The notes below the pieces were generated by a model. That model saw nothing but the letters and a program-made list of their open reading frames with translations, searched no databases and had not been told where the DNA came from. From NCBI RefSeq assembly GCF_036321535.1, contig NC_087437.1, positions 110,362,001 through 110,426,000 of the forward strand: a stretch of 64,000 nt of DNA, written 5' to 3'. Below, in pieces: positions 1 to 14,405 of the stretch (position 1 is its first letter; every line of letters begins with the position of its first letter). This DNA comes from Camelus dromedarius. Its lineage: Eukaryota. The position numbers and the translations under genes are program-made.

Positions 1-299
1 TATTTGCATTAATTCTCTTGTTTGCTTTTCTGTGGTTGTCAGACAACTGGTGAACATTTATTAAGCACGTACAATCTGAAATGCATTAATATATTGAATT
101 TTTAAATGTGTCCCTGTCTTCTAGATTTAAACTTCTTTTTCAGAAACTCCCTTTTAACCCTGCATGTCTCCTGTCTGTGACCCAGTTGTACTTTTTTTTC
201 ATGTTATTGACCTCTACTTCTTCATGACATTTCAACCTCATCATCCACTGCAACTGTTCTTGGTAAAAAAAAAACCCTAGTAATGACTCATGTTACAAT

Positions 300-1430
300 T
301 GTCAATATCTATTTTATTTGCCCATTTTCTAGCATATTAACCATGCCTTTTTCTTGAAAACTTGCTATCTTCAGTTTCCTGATAATAGGCTTTTTTAGTT
401 CTAATCCTGCTTCTCTAAAAAAATTCTTATTTTTCATTAGCTCCTCTTAATGTACCTTCTGTTTATTCTTTTATTTAGTAGGGTTGCCATAATTCTGTCT
501 TCACCACCTATTTCTCATTCTCTGTGTGCTTACCAAGTTACCTCTCCTCTCCCATTGTTTTAACTACCTGTAATTCCACGTACCTAAATCCAGCTTGCTA
601 AAGAAGAAAATTTCTCATGAATGTCCCCAGATACCATAAAGCCTACAGCTCTTTCTCACCACTGTATTTCTTAGGATCTGAAGTAGTGCCCAAAACTTTG
701 CTAGATCCAATAGATGATTCTTACATGGATCAAAGAGTAAATATACCTTATTCATCCTTAAATCTTCTCTTCCTCCTATGTTTCTACTCCCCATGATTGG
801 TACAACCCAATCACTCAAGCCACAGACTTAAGAATTACCCTTAACAATAACATCTCCATCAACCACCAACATCCAGGTAGTCATCAAGCCTTGATTCTAC
901 CTCCTATGTGTATCTCTGGAATCTGCATCATCCCCTCAGGCCATGCTCTATTCACTATCATCATCATCGTCATCTTTCCTGCATTATTAGTGTGAATTAT
1001 TTGGTCTTTCTGACACCAATTCATTTTACAAACATACCATAACTTTTCTAAGCTGCAAGTCTAACTGAGTGCCTTCACTAATTCGAGTCAATACTCCCCA
1101 TCACCATGAGAGTGAAACACAAATTCTGAATTATAACATGTCATACTAAATATGGCCTTACTTTTGCCAAACTACTCACAGTACAAAGATATGGATCCTA
1201 GACTGCAGGAGGTTATTAATAAGTATCTGTTGTATTTAGTCGGCAAGAAGAATAGCAGGCTTCTCATACTCTCCTGCCTTTTCACATGCTACTTTGACTG
1301 CCTGGAATATCAGGGCAAACCGAGCCTTTATGTATTTTGTGAAGTTTTTAAGACCTCCTTTTATACTAGGCAGTGTCTAGCACAGTATTACATTAATGGC
1401 TTTACAGATTAGTAGACACATGAATTAAAA
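300..1430 (+). mobile_element. LINE-2 relic
   Basis: Pyrimidine-rich L2-like motifs (CATCAAGCCTTGATTCTACCTCC; CAGTGTCTAGCACAGTA at the 3' end); boundaries approximate. Confidence 0.6.
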
Positions 1431-2982
1431 AGAGGAATTACTTTTATCTATTGTTTTGGTATTCATTTTGAGCCTTAAATACAAAGTAAAGATGTATATA
1501 TAAGTCTTAATCAAAAGCAACAGCATAGTATGCTGAGCATAACTTTGTGACAATTTTCATTTAATTTTTTAATTTCTTTTCTTGTAAAGTCTATGAATAG
1601 CTTGGGCACACTGATTTTGTTTGTTCATTTACCTTACATTCTCCCATTGCCTATCATGCACAGAAACTAGCCTATATATAGGCTTAATTATTTCTCACAT
1701 GGATCGGAATGAAATGAGACAGAATGGGATAGAATGGAATGGAATTGGCTTGGATACAAAAAGTTAACTTTCATGATAATGTCTAGGATGGATTACAGAA
1801 AAGAAAAACTGAAGTCATATAGAACTTTATAAGATTTTTACACTAGATAAAAGGCAAGGAATTTCCAGCCTAGATAGTTGACATGACACTCCAAGGAAGG
1901 ATAAGATATAAGATACACAAATACAAGAGATGGGCTTTGGCAGTGATGGTAAAGGAGAACTGGAGGATGATGTTAAACTTTAAGACCTTTGCAACTTGGC
2001 AAAGATGACATCATTTTAATATTTATTATCTTACTTCTCTTTACAGTTGAGGTGATTTCAGTTCTCTATGTGTAAGCTCTTTGGGATCAAGGAAAGATTC
2101 CCACAAAACATGATGAGAAAGTGGCCCAGTTTTCATTACCTGGCAATAACAGTGATTAAAATGAGTAATGAAAGCTCTGATATTCATCTCCGCTGGGTAT
2201 TTCACAGCCTGGAGATGCTCATAAAAGGAATGATCTAGTTATTAGCTTTGCACCTTTGACTACTGCTGTAACCACCACAATCCCTTATTATAAACACAGT
2301 TTGCAGTCATTGCATCATTTATTTTGTCATCGTAGCATAACAGCAAGTGGGGTAACCACGACAAAGTATAAATGTGGGCCTGCCTAAGTGTCCCTGTTAG
2401 GAATGACCCTACCAGCTTTACATAAGATATTTTTTTTTCCTGAAAAACTCTGGTTCACCAACAAACTCTAATTGGCTAAATGTCTGGAGAACATAAGTTT
2501 CAATGACAACTGGTCAATACTTCTTTAAAATTATAGGAGAATTCAGGGGAGCCAGTGCATGTCTTGTGATCTGAGTTATGCTGATGCTGTTAGAAAAGCA
2601 AGAAATGCTTCTTTCACAAGTACTAAGACTGTGTTTGTAACAGCCGAGTCACCTAAACTAGAACTGAATGGCAAACCACGTGTGGGATGTGAGCCAAGAT
2701 ATTTTTTGTGCCAATTGTATAATTTCACTGTGTTTCACAAGAGAAATCTATAGCAACATGGCATATGGTGTTGAAAGAAAAAGAAAATTATCTCAAAGAA
2801 GATACAACTGTGTCTACAATCCTATGAAATGTTATATATATGCAGCTCAGAATTGAAATTCATGAAAAGTCCTATAATAAACTAGACTTTAAAACAGGTA
2901 GCAAGGGAATTCATGATGGTCCTCTCTGCACTATATATGACACTTGGTAATTAACCTAATTTTCCAATTGGCATAAGGTTAT

Positions 2983-3336
2983 TTCTATGAATTGAATTGT
3001 GTCCCCCTAAATTCATATGTTGAAACCCTAACACTCAATGTGATGGTATTTGAAGATGGGGCTTTGGGGAATTGATTAAGTTTAGATGAGGTCATGAGGA
3101 TGAGGATAATTTCTTCCTCATGAAGAAATCAGTGTCCTTATAAGAAGGGAGTACACTAAAGCGTTTACTTCTTCTCTCTCACTCTGCCCTGTGAAAGACA
3201 TAGTAAGAGGGAGTCCATCTGAAAGCCAGAAGGAGATTTCTCACCAAGGAACCTTGATCTTGAACTTACCAGCTTCCAGAACCATGAAAAATAAATTCTT
3301 ACTATATAAGCCACCCAGTCTATGCTGACTAATATA
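2983..3336 (+). mobile_element. MaLR solo LTR (MLT1A/B-like)
   Basis: TGAATTGTGTCCCCCTAAATTCATATGTTGAA...AAGCCACCCAGTCTATG; perfect 5-bp TSD GTTAT (2978-2982 and 3337-3341). Confidence 0.9.
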
Positions 3337-6300
3337 GTTATTATCAGCTTAGATCTGGTTCTGACATCTTTAGTTGCAACAATAACACTCAAGTCAGGAG
3401 GCTGACTGTTCCTATTTAGATTAATTACAGTGGCTAGAAGAGTACAGATCAAAATAGAAATTGCTCAAATGATAGGTACGGTTAAAAAAAGACAAAAGTC
3501 TAGAACAGATTAAAATTTTATATTTTAACAGATAATTGAAATAATATATCCAAGTCCAACTTTTCTATTTGTAAGTCCCTAGAATTTAAGAAGCTCACAA
3601 ACAAATTGCAAAGCTACAATCCGGTATGTTTTATACAATATAATTTGACTCTTCCTAAACTTTCATCTTTTTAAATCACTTATTTTATTCTTACAAGTTA
3701 AAGATCTAAAATCCAAATTCTTTTGTTAAACTTAAGGAAAAAATTCTCCTAAATTTCTTAATCAGTTTCATCTCAATGGAAGCAAACTTTCATCTTAATG
3801 AGAACCAAGTTGATCACTTTTTTATTTAAACATTTTATGCAGAAAGCAGAGCAAATCAATTCGCAAGATGCCCTTTCTATATTATCATTGAGTAAATATC
3901 TATTCATTACAAATTGTTGTAGAAAGAAACTAATAGGCAAAATAAAAAAGAAAATGGCTGAGTAGAAGAAAGAAGGAGGGGAGACGGTTTGAGGTTACTG
4001 CTTAATTTTCAAAATTTATTTTGGAGGGACAATAGCATAAACAGTGTCAAAAAATGAAAACAAAATAGTTTCTGGACCGTCAGTTCTCTTTAACAGTGAA
4101 AAATAGAGGAGTTAAACATCAAATGCAAAGTTATACAAGGCACTAGAAAACACATAGCTAGAAATTAACTGACTTTCCATACTAAAGAAAATATAAACAA
4201 TTGCATCAATAAATTAGCATATAAATATGATATCACAATTCAATTATTTTCACTTCCGTTGAGTTTTATACTCAATCAATGAGAAATAAGCAGGAAACAA
4301 TACATTAGATCTCTTACCTCCTCTTTTCATTTCCTTATGCTTGAAATATCTCTAAAATAAATGAATTGATATAGCTTGGTAGATGATTCTTTTTAATTGC
4401 AGTAAGTATTTTTATTTTCTACCCCATAACAGTAGCAAGATTTTATCTCCCTGCCTAGGTTTTAAGCTTTGAACTATTAATTCAGGTAATAAATACCACA
4501 GAATAGTGCTTGATCAAATATAAGACAAAATTAAATAAATACAAAAATACACCTCTCATTGGCCCCTCATATAATCCAACTCACAGAAAGGTCTGGATTT
4601 TTCAACAATGTAACTAGGAAAACACCTAGATCCTGTCTTCATGTAATCAAATGTCATATCTGAAACCTGAAAAAAAAAATAGACAGTGTTCTAGCTATTT
4701 AAAATATCTGAATGTTTAGTTCTTGAACACAGTGTCTATATTTGCTAAAATTTCTAATTTTCAAATATTTGTCACGGTCCAAGAAAAAGAAAAAGAATCA
4801 GTCCTGCACTCCATTTCTGAGGAACCCCTCAGGCCATTGATTAATGCAATCAATTGAGTACTAGACCATTACGTCTGATTAAGCATTCCCTGATTTTATC
4901 AGCAATTTAAGAATTCCGGCTTAATTCTGAGGAGGGAATTTAAAAGTATTAAAATTTATATATATTTTCTTCTTCAGGAGGGAAAAACTTCTTTTGGTGT
5001 TCAGTCTACACAAGTGGTAATCTGTGGAGCCAAACATTGTGAAACATAGACATGCATAAAATGAACAAATAGAAGGAAAAATATCTGCAAAAACACAGGG
5101 TTTTAACCAACAACCTTACTGTTGAGTGGAACATTCTTTCCAGTGAACCCCTTTGGGACACAAGTTATAACAATGCCAATAATAACTAATGAAGTGAGAT
5201 CTCCTCTCCTTGCAGTCCTAGGAACCAGTATATTATTTAATACTCCTTTCTGATTTTCTCATTATCTCCTATGGATGAGAAACACAAGCTTCTGAAAGAA
5301 ATTTCCATAGACTCAAGAAACACCAGAAAATAGACAAGAGAAAAGAGGGGGTGTACAAAGGACTGAGGAGGTGTAGACATCTCAGCTTGATGTAGGAAGA
5401 ATCAACTCCTGTAAAACAGAGATTGTCATATTAGCAGTTATCCTATAATAATCTTATATTAAATGGAAAACATGGGGAAGTTCACTAAGAGTCACAGACA
5501 GTGCCAGGAATGGGTGGACCAGGTCTCATAGATGCTGCCCTCTCGCCCAACACATCAGTTTGTGCAGCAGCCTCTCGTTATTTTGTGGTGATCCTCTTAA
5601 AAAAGATTTTGTCACAGCAGCTCAGGAAGTTTTCAGGTCACCTCCTGCTAACTCAGGTTTCCCCCAAATAAATCTTCAGTCTAAAAGCAGAAGTTCTGTT
5701 TTTATGAAAAGTACTGCTCAGATTTTATGATACTTAAGCAGCAGTGTGACACCCTCTATTAATGTGAAGTTCCCATAAGACCATAAACTCAGCTTCTTCC
5801 TCATTACAATTTAACACATCAGATTAGGCAGGAGATTATATTCCCATTAATGCATAAAGCTGCAGAGATGGAATTATGTCTATATCCACCTGCTTTCAGA
5901 ACAATGTAAAACTCTAACAATGTAACAATGTTAGAGATGCTATCAAATCTATGGCGTTAATCAATGAGGAACACCATCAACACTTGCATCAAAAGTCTGC
6001 TCTAAGCAAATAATTTATTTTTTCTCTTTATAATATCTCTTCTGCCTAACCTGGCAGTTAATAATATATTAATAATTTACCCATTCTTCACGTAATTGTA
6101 TTAAGTATTTCTATTATTCAAAGGTTATTCCTATAGTAAAGCTAGTAAAAATGTTCTACACTTTCCAATGTATTCTTCAAATTCCTGCCCTTCTTTCTGT
6201 TTCTCTTTTTTCCATAGCCAAACATCACTCATCTTTTGGCCATTGGCCTAAATACAGCCATACCCAAATGAGGAAATATCATAATCGTAAATATAATGCA

Positions 6301-6459
6301 TTTTAAATGTGTTGTTTTACTGAGCAACAGCATAATTACAGTGCACTCACCAATAAAAGCTAGCAGGACCAGGTGTCTGATTCATCCATATAATTATTAA
6401 TATTGACACCCTTTTCTCTCAAGGGTATTCTAGCTTGGATAATAAATTCTCTCAGTGTC

Positions 6460-6670
6460 CTAGTATCACTGACTTGAGGGCCTGCCTGTCTAGTTTCAAA
6501 TCCAAGTTTTATTATTTACTATTTGTGTAAATTTGGAGAAGTGTAACCTCTGTCTCTCAATTGCTTCAGCTGTGAGTAAATTTTAAGGATTAAGTGAGTT
6601 AATACATGGATAGCATTGGGAAAAGTGTCTGGAAGCGGTAATTATTATTATTATATCGTTAAATGTTAGC
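6460..6670 (+). mobile_element. MIR SINE
   Basis: TTCAAATCC...TGTGTAAATTTGGAGAAGT...AACCTCTG...AGGATTAAGTGAGTTAATACATG core. Confidence 0.75.
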
Positions 6671-8519
6671 CACGGTTACTATTCCATAGATTAAAACCAA
6701 ACACACATTCAGAGAGAGAAAGAGAGAGAGAAAAGCAACACACCCTCAGGGCTTCTGGTACTTCAGAAGTAAAACAAATATGAGATAGAAAACCAACTAA
6801 AACTGTATTATTTGGTTATACATAGCATTAAGGACAGAGAATATTAATAGGCACCTTTGGGGTTGTGAAACTTTTAGAAGGAAATAGTTATTAGCTTTGC
6901 TACATTTTACCTGAGGCAAAATGTATGTTAATATTCCATAGAAACATCAACAATTGAACTTGAATATTAGTTTTAGTTTAACAGTCATGGAATACAAACA
7001 CGATGCATTTAGGAAATTCTGAGGATGAAACAGATATAAATAAGTGATTGTTAATACGAATAGAGTAGTTTTTAATTAAATGCTTCATACGTTATTTTAT
7101 TTTTGAAAGATAAAATAAAATAATCTTTTCTCTAGGATTTATGAGGGCATTGAGGAAAGTGAGAAATAAAATGAATTTATTTGCCCAAGTATTTCACTTA
7201 CAGAACGGCTTAATATGCTACTTACTAATGTTTCTAAAAATCTGGGAATTGAGAACATTCTTTTATGAAGGCGTGTGGTATGTTTTGAACAGCTTTATCT
7301 AGTTCTATGAGCAGTCGCATAGTTTCCCATTTTTATAAATATGATAGAAATAAGCCATGGGTAGAACATGTACTTCAGTAGCTATTTCTAAGAGCAGTGG
7401 TGGACTGGAAATAATTAACCCATGTTTTTTTTTTTTTTTCTCCTTTAGAAATGACAACATGCAGATCAAAGGTGATTAACCCAGATTGGATGCCAAGCCA
7501 TGGTGGTGGAACACTTTGAGCTCAACTCCCCCAAATAAGAATCACACCCGTGACCTCCACATTATTGATGGAGCCATAGACAGGAATCGCTAATTGGACC
7601 AGATGTTCCTTTATACTCAGCATTACTCCAAAGTTCTGAGTTTTCCCCAGCAGGGAATTCAGTTGCACCAGGAAATACAGCAAAGTCAAGAGAGTCACAG
7701 TCATTAAATTAGTAAGTTCAGAAACTTCCCAAAACGTAAGTTGATTTGTGAGTAGAGTGTGAATAAAGAACTCTAAGAAGAGACTTCTACTTCCAGTTGT
7801 CATACAGAAGATTAAGAAAGATCTTCCCTCCCTAACAACCTGGAAAACCTTAAGAGAAGAAAAATCACACTTCTCCACGGGGCTAACAAAGAGCAGCAGA
7901 TGCAAGAAGCCCTTGTTGAACTGAAAAGAGAGACAGGAGCCTCGTAGCAGAGCCAGAACTCATGGGAGCTTTCATTCTGCTCCAGGTGCAGGCAGATCAG
8001 AACTGGAAAGAGAATTCAGAGATAATCTCTGTGTATTTCCAATATGAAAGAGAAACCAGTTCTCTTATTTCACCCCAACTCTGTGAATCAGCACGTGTTC
8101 TGATTTCCAACAGGAGAATGAAGGCTGAAGCCAGCCTAACACCTCAGAATGTGGACTGGTGAGCCGCAGATAAGGAAAACAAGTTCCAGCTCAAGCATCC
8201 AACTCATGAACACCACAATCACTTTTATTCGAAGCCAGTACAACCTTCTTTTAATCTGCTTCTGACATCACTGTGATAACTTGCTCTGGAGGCTGTAACT
8301 GACAACATATAAAACATAATAGCAGCCAAATGGAGCATTACAGTCCCCGAAATGAAAGGAGATTTGTCATAACAGAAACTCGGTTGCCACAAGCTGTGTC
8401 AACCACAAGTGGCATGCTGGAACACGGCACACTAATCCTAAACACACCTGATCTTAACACTCAACACCTAGGGCAAACATAGGTTGATAATGATTGTCTT
8501 TCCAGACAAATGATACCAT

Positions 8520-8730
8520 CTTACATTTTATAGTGTTTTCTAGTCTACACAAAGTGTTTTCAGGTATATGATCTTGTATGCTGATTAAAAATTATTAATT
8601 CCATTTTACAGAAAAGAAAACCAAGGTTTGGAGACATTAAACTATTTGCATATTGGACAACCAAATAGTGAAAAGAGACGTAAATTGCAGGTGAAGTTTC
8701 CTTGCTCTAAATATAAGGCTCTGTCTATAG
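8520..8730 (-). mobile_element. MIR SINE
   Basis: ATTCCATTTTACAGAAAAGAAAACCAAGGTTTGGAGA, reverse MIR core. Confidence 0.7.
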
Positions 8731-9169
8731 TAAAACAAGAGCACATTCTTTCAAATGGTTAATATCATTGAAATAACATGTTGGATCATATAATCAAAAC
8801 CTTGGTTCTGGTTTTTCATTATTGCTGTCTGATAAGCAGGTGTATTACATGAACTAAAGTATCTATTCATTTGTGCAGTAAATATTAATTGAATGTTTTT
8901 CACGTGTTATGTCCTGGAAATGCAAAATAATCCTCTTCCTCAAGGATCAGATGTGTGATAAAAACATGTCAAGTAGGGAAATCCAAGTTAACAAGACAAG
9001 GAGAACATAGACAAACTAGGTCATAGAGGGTTCTGAAGGATCCAAAAAGAAAAGCAAGATACCATAGGACAAAGGATCAAAAAAAAATATTCCAGGGAGG
9101 AAGAAAAATATATGAAGGTAGAGAGTAGGGAGAGTCATGATCCAGTTAGGATGTAGCAGGATTTTGTAC

Positions 9170-10202
9170 CTGGAACTCTCTTTGGACTTCTTCCCTTTTT
9201 TGCCCACAAACTCTTCCTTCATGATCTCATCCAGTTTCATGGCTTTAAATACTCATCTATGTTTCCAACAATTACCAGATTTAAAGCTCTGACCCGGATC
9301 TCTTCCTGGATGTTTTTGCCCAACTGTTTAATCCACATCTCTACTTGGCTACCTGATGAGCATCTGAAACACAGAAAGTCCAAAAGTGACCTCTTGGTCA
9401 CTGCTCATTCAGTTTATTTTATCTCAGTTTAAGACTGTTCTATCTTTCCTGTCACTCAGCCTAGACTTTGGGATCATCCTTACCACCTCATTTACACCTC
9501 ACATCCAATCATTCAATGAAATTGGTCAATTCTACCTTTGAAATATGTCACCATTTCCATTGCCATCACCAAAATCCAATTGCAATAAACTGTAGCCTTC
9601 TGACTGGCCTTCCTGCTTGCCCGTCCCTACTCCTTAGCAGGATATTACCAACACAGCAGCCAGTGAGATCCAGGTAATATATGTCAAGTTGTGTCTCTCC
9701 TCTGCTCCAAACCCTGCAATGGACTCCCATCTTAGAATAAATGCTAAAACCCTTCATGTAGGTTCTCTGACCTCATTTCCTACTCCCCACCCACCAACTT
9801 CACTCCTCCCTACACAAACTCCAACTCTTTCTTCTTCAATACACCAAGCAGAGTCTAGCCTTTGCACTCACTATTCGCTCTGTCTCCGATGTTTTCCCCA
9901 CATAAACATGAGTCACATTTTATCTTTAAGATTTTCTTGAATGCCATCTTCTCAGGGATACCTTCACTGACCACTTTATTTAACATTTCAGCTCCCCTAC
10001 CTGCTGTTCTTTCTCATTAACCTCCCTTATTTTTCTCCAAATCCCCTTTCAGCATGTGATACGATGTTTTTCACTTATTTATTGTAAATCTCCCCAATAC
10101 TAAAATGTAAGCTCTACTGGTTTAGTGATTTTTCACCTAGAATAGTAATTAGTAGAGAGTAGGTTCCCAAAATTCATTTTTTGAATGGATGACTAGTGAA
10201 TG
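9170..10202 (+). mobile_element. LINE-2 3' region
   Basis: GATCTCATCCAGTTTCATGGCTTTAAATAC... ending TTGAATGGATGACTAGTGAATG, a typical L2 tail. Confidence 0.85.
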
Positions 10203-10347
10203 CACAAGGCATATAGCAAAGTTTCATAATAGATGACGCTTGAAATATAAGTCTTATTTACAATATGATGATAACTTCATGTTGAGTGACCATGGTTTCT
10301 GGTTTGTCAGAGATAGTCACTGTGATTCTAGTATAATTAATAGCCTT

Positions 10348-10691
10348 TGTCTTAGTCTCTTCTGGCTGCTGTGACAAAATGCAGACTGGGTAGGTTATAA
10401 ACAACAGAAATTTATTTCTCACGGTTCTGGAGGCTAGAAGTCAGAGATCAGGGTGCCAGCAGGGTCAGGTGAGGGACCTCTTCCCAGTCATAGACTTCTG
10501 TACCCTCACGTGGTGGAAGGGACAAGGGAGCTGTCTTGGGGCTTTTTTAGAAGGACACTAATCCCATTCATGAGGGTTTACCCTCATGACTTAAGCACCT
10601 CCCAAAAGTCCCACTTTCTAATGCCATCACCTTGGGAATCAAGATTTCAATATATTAACTTGGGGAGGATACAAACATTCAGACTATAGCA
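10348..10691 (-). mobile_element. MaLR solo LTR (MLT1A-like)
   Basis: TGTCTTAGTC...AACAACAGAAATTTATTTCTCACGGTTCTGGAGGCTAGAAGTC...ACATTCAGACTATAGCA; TSD GCCTT/GGCTT. Confidence 0.9.
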
Positions 10692-11873
10692 GGCTTCTTT
10701 AAATTGTTCAAAATGTTCTAGATTGTATGATAGATTATACATTTATCCTACTTATATGGCATGCTAGGAAATTTGGATTTTTCTCATTGGCAGTTGGAAG
10801 CAGGACTTAAAACTGGTAAGTGATGTAAGGAGATATGTGTTTTTAAAAGATAATTTGACAGCAACAAAATGAACAAAAGTGAGTGGAGAAGATTTGGAAA
10901 ATATTAGGAAGCCAATGCAAACCTTCCATGTTTGAGATTGTCCTAAACTATGTGAAGGGCAATGAAGATTATGAGAAAGTAAAAATTGGGGGATCAAGAG
11001 ATGGAAGATCCATCAGCAGGATTTGGGGATTTATTGCATTAAAGAGATAAGAGATCAAGGCCACTTGAGTGATTTTTAGCCTGGGGATCAGATTAGGAAT
11101 TTATTCACTGAAGCAGTGGACACAGAGGGATGATGAAGACTGAGAGCGAAAATATTTAACTCAGCTGGGAACTAACTGTGAGACATATCTGTGTGCATCT
11201 AGAAGACAGTTCAGAAAATAAGGAAGCAAAGCAATCTGGATAGACAGGAGAAGTTTAAGATCGGAAGATGAAGATTTAGGTCTTAATGCACATTTAGGAG
11301 CTTAGTATATCTTGGTCTATGCATTATTGCATACTTTGAGTGATATTAATGATAAGGAAAAGTTTTTCCATATTTACTTCCAATAAATAACTATTATATC
11401 TTCAAGTAAAAGATGTTAGTTTTATGCATTTTCTTGAACATTTATCCAGACTCATATTTTCAGAACTTTTTCCAAAAGAATATTGGTTACTGCAAATTCA
11501 TTTCTTTATTTAGGTACAAATTGTCTTGGTGACACTTGTTTATTTCCTTTTAGCTCAATTATTCATCCTCAACATATTTATATTTGATTTAAAATCAGTC
11601 AATGGGTATATTGGAAAATCTACTGTAAAAAATGTACAATGAACAGGAATCTTCAATGTGTCTTTGTAAATGTAAGCCCAATCTTTGAAGGGCATTAAAG
11701 ACACATTTTGACCAAAGCCAAATGGCCATAGTTAAAATCAAGTTTCAACTGAAACTGAGGCCAACAGGAAATATCACTATCACAATAAAATTCTGCTACA
11801 TAGAAATAAATCTAATTTTTTAAAATACTATTATTTTGTTATTAAAATTATGTGGACAAATTTTAACATTTGA

Positions 11874-12317
11874 TGTTTTAGTTAGGCATGCCACACTGCA
11901 CGAGGCCACATGGAAAAGCACTAGGGTCAGTTGCAAGGCAAAGGTAGAGGGGAGAAAGGAGGATAAGAGCCTTTCTTATAGTTTCCATGGAAAAGAACAG
12001 GGTAAACAGGCTTAGGAATGGCTGGTCTGAATAATTCAGCAGGCTCTGAGGTATATGGGCTGTTCCTAGTTGTCTGGTACTCGGTCCTGGGGTGGTTTGA
12101 ATAGTGGATAGTGGGTTAGAGTGTGGCAGCATGATAAAGGAGGTGGTTGGGGGTGTGGGCTCTGGATTTGTTGGTTTGCATTTGAAAGGTAGACTCATGG
12201 TCATTTGTTTGCTCTCTTCGGAAATTGGTTAACCCCGGGAAGAGCAGTCCCTCTAGAGTGCAAGACCCCAATTATCAAAGCAACAGAATACAGAAAAGAA
12301 AGGACTTGGTTAATACA
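11874..12317 (-). mobile_element. ERVL-type solo LTR (MER74-like)
   Basis: Minus strand begins TGTATTAACC...TTTTCTGTATTC...GAGGGACTGC; TG...CA termini; TSD TTTGA/TTTGC. Confidence 0.75.
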
Positions 12318-13851
12318 TTTGCACATACTTGTTGCTTCATTCAATCACTTGACAAAAAATTTTCCTTAAACATTGGATGGTAATGGAGCAGTGTTATTGA
12401 CTTTCAATATAACCTATTTATGAACTATCTACACCTTGGATTTCATTGCATGGACACCAAGTTCAGCATCTCCTCTAGAACAGAATGATGGGAAGCAAAT
12501 ATGATGGAAGAAATACATACATCAATTTGGTTACTTTAATAGCAGATTCAAGCAATGGATTAACTATCTGCAAGCAATTGGATATCCTGCTATATGGGTA
12601 TTATCTTTCAAATGCAATATTGGTGTTTCTTCAAGCACCACTTAACATCATAAATGTTATTCTATCATGTTTGGAACCTCTTATATAAGCACATGACAAA
12701 GAAGTTCCAAGATTCTCTTTATGTCATGCAGTTTGTCCTTGGCTAAAGAATAACGAATAATTAGCTCACTATCTCACTGATTATAGGCAATAATTCTGTT
12801 TCTCTACTGTGTGTTGTATTTATGCCCTGAACATAAAACCAAAGGGTGAGAACAAAAATCACCACGTGCATAATCACTAAATCACTTATAGCCTCCATTG
12901 TGTTTTTTCCACTGTCACTGTCCATGGTAATTACTTTTGTTTTTCTTTAACTGACTTTCCTTTATACAAACATATTTTTTCACAAGAGTCACAATATTGT
13001 CCACGGTGTGAGTTCCAGAGATCTCTCAGCAAAAGAGTAAAGTAGAATCACCATGGGTTTCATTATTAACGCAGCATATTATCTACCTTAAGAGAATTTT
13101 TTTTAATTGTTTCTTCGCGTTCAGATGTCTAATATACAAGATACAGAAACAGCATATTGAATTATATCATCCTTTGGGGAACAGAATAATTTACTTCAGG
13201 AAAAGAAAACTTAAGTTAAAATTAATTTAAATATTTTCTGGAAGAAAATCTGTACCTTTAAGTCATACCTTGGGGAACTCTCAAAAGTCTCCCCCCGCCA
13301 AAAAAAAAATGCATAAGAGTTTGTGGCATTAATTCCAGCCTAAGAGTCTGGGGCACTAATTTCAACATGCATTTTCCATAGACTCAAAATTATAAGGCAG
13401 TGTCTTTCTTAAGCATTTTTCTAAAGTCTGTTGTTTTGAATCTTTCTAGTGAAAGTCAAATGTCTTTTGGGTGCTTTCTTTTTCTCTAAGTCATTTTGCT
13501 ACTAGTGAATTTTAATATTTAACATTCTGCTTCTACTTCATTCTCAAAAGATATATTGAAAAATCCCATGTAGAGTATTTCTTGAAATACTTGTATCTAA
13601 ATTAAATTAATAATTAAAATTAAAAGGTACATAGTTTAACATTGTATAGACTGGAACATAAACAATTCTACAAAGATTAGAATTCATATGTAAACCAAAA
13701 CTTTTTTCTGCTCTATATCAATATTTAAATTTTTAAAAATATTTGTTGGCTCAAAAGGCACATTGTGTATACCTAAGGTTATCTAAGATCTTTGGTACTG
13801 AGAGTGTGGTCCTCAGACCAGTAATGTCAGCAACTCCTGGGAGCTTCCTAG

Positions 13852-14324
13852 TGTGAAGTAAAGAATGCTGCCCACCATCCAGGTCTATAAGGATTGTCAC
13901 TACAGTTGCTGACTGATTACGCACCTGGAAGGGAATTCAAGGAAAACAAAAAATAAGGACAGAATAAGGCACTATATGCTTTGGGAAAAGAGTCCCTTTA
14001 GGTAGTTAGATGTATATCTTAGGGAAAAGTTACAACAAACCCAGATTCTTGCATCTTCCCATACCTAGCAAAGCACTAAAATCATTCACACAATATCTGT
14101 TCCTTGTAACTAGCAGTAATATTTTACTGAGATATGTGCTTGACTGCACCTATTCACCAGCCAAAAATCATATATATACTGGCCTCTACCCCAACCTCAC
14201 TGGAGCCAGCCATCCCCTCACAGCAACTCTGAAGGGCTATTTCTCAGGGTTTAGTATTCAGTGAGACCCTGAATAAAACGTAACTCACAGCTCTTACTTC
14301 GTGCAGTTTCTCTTTTAGTCAAGA
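13852..14324 (+). mobile_element. ERV1-type solo LTR (MER34-related)
   Basis: Starts TGT; AATAAAACGTAACTCACAGCTC...TTTTAGTCAAGA end; 4-bp TSD CTAG/CTAA. Confidence 0.75.
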
Positions 14325-14405
14325 CTAAAAGAGGACAGTCAGACCCCCTCCAGACCCAATAAATTGGAATCTGATTTTTAACAAAACTTCATGTGATTTG
14401 GGCCC

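Noticed and set aside
1700..1755. (GGAAT)n-like run as satellite DNA
   Set aside because: Only about 50 bp and degenerate; more likely an expanded L2-type tail microsatellite.
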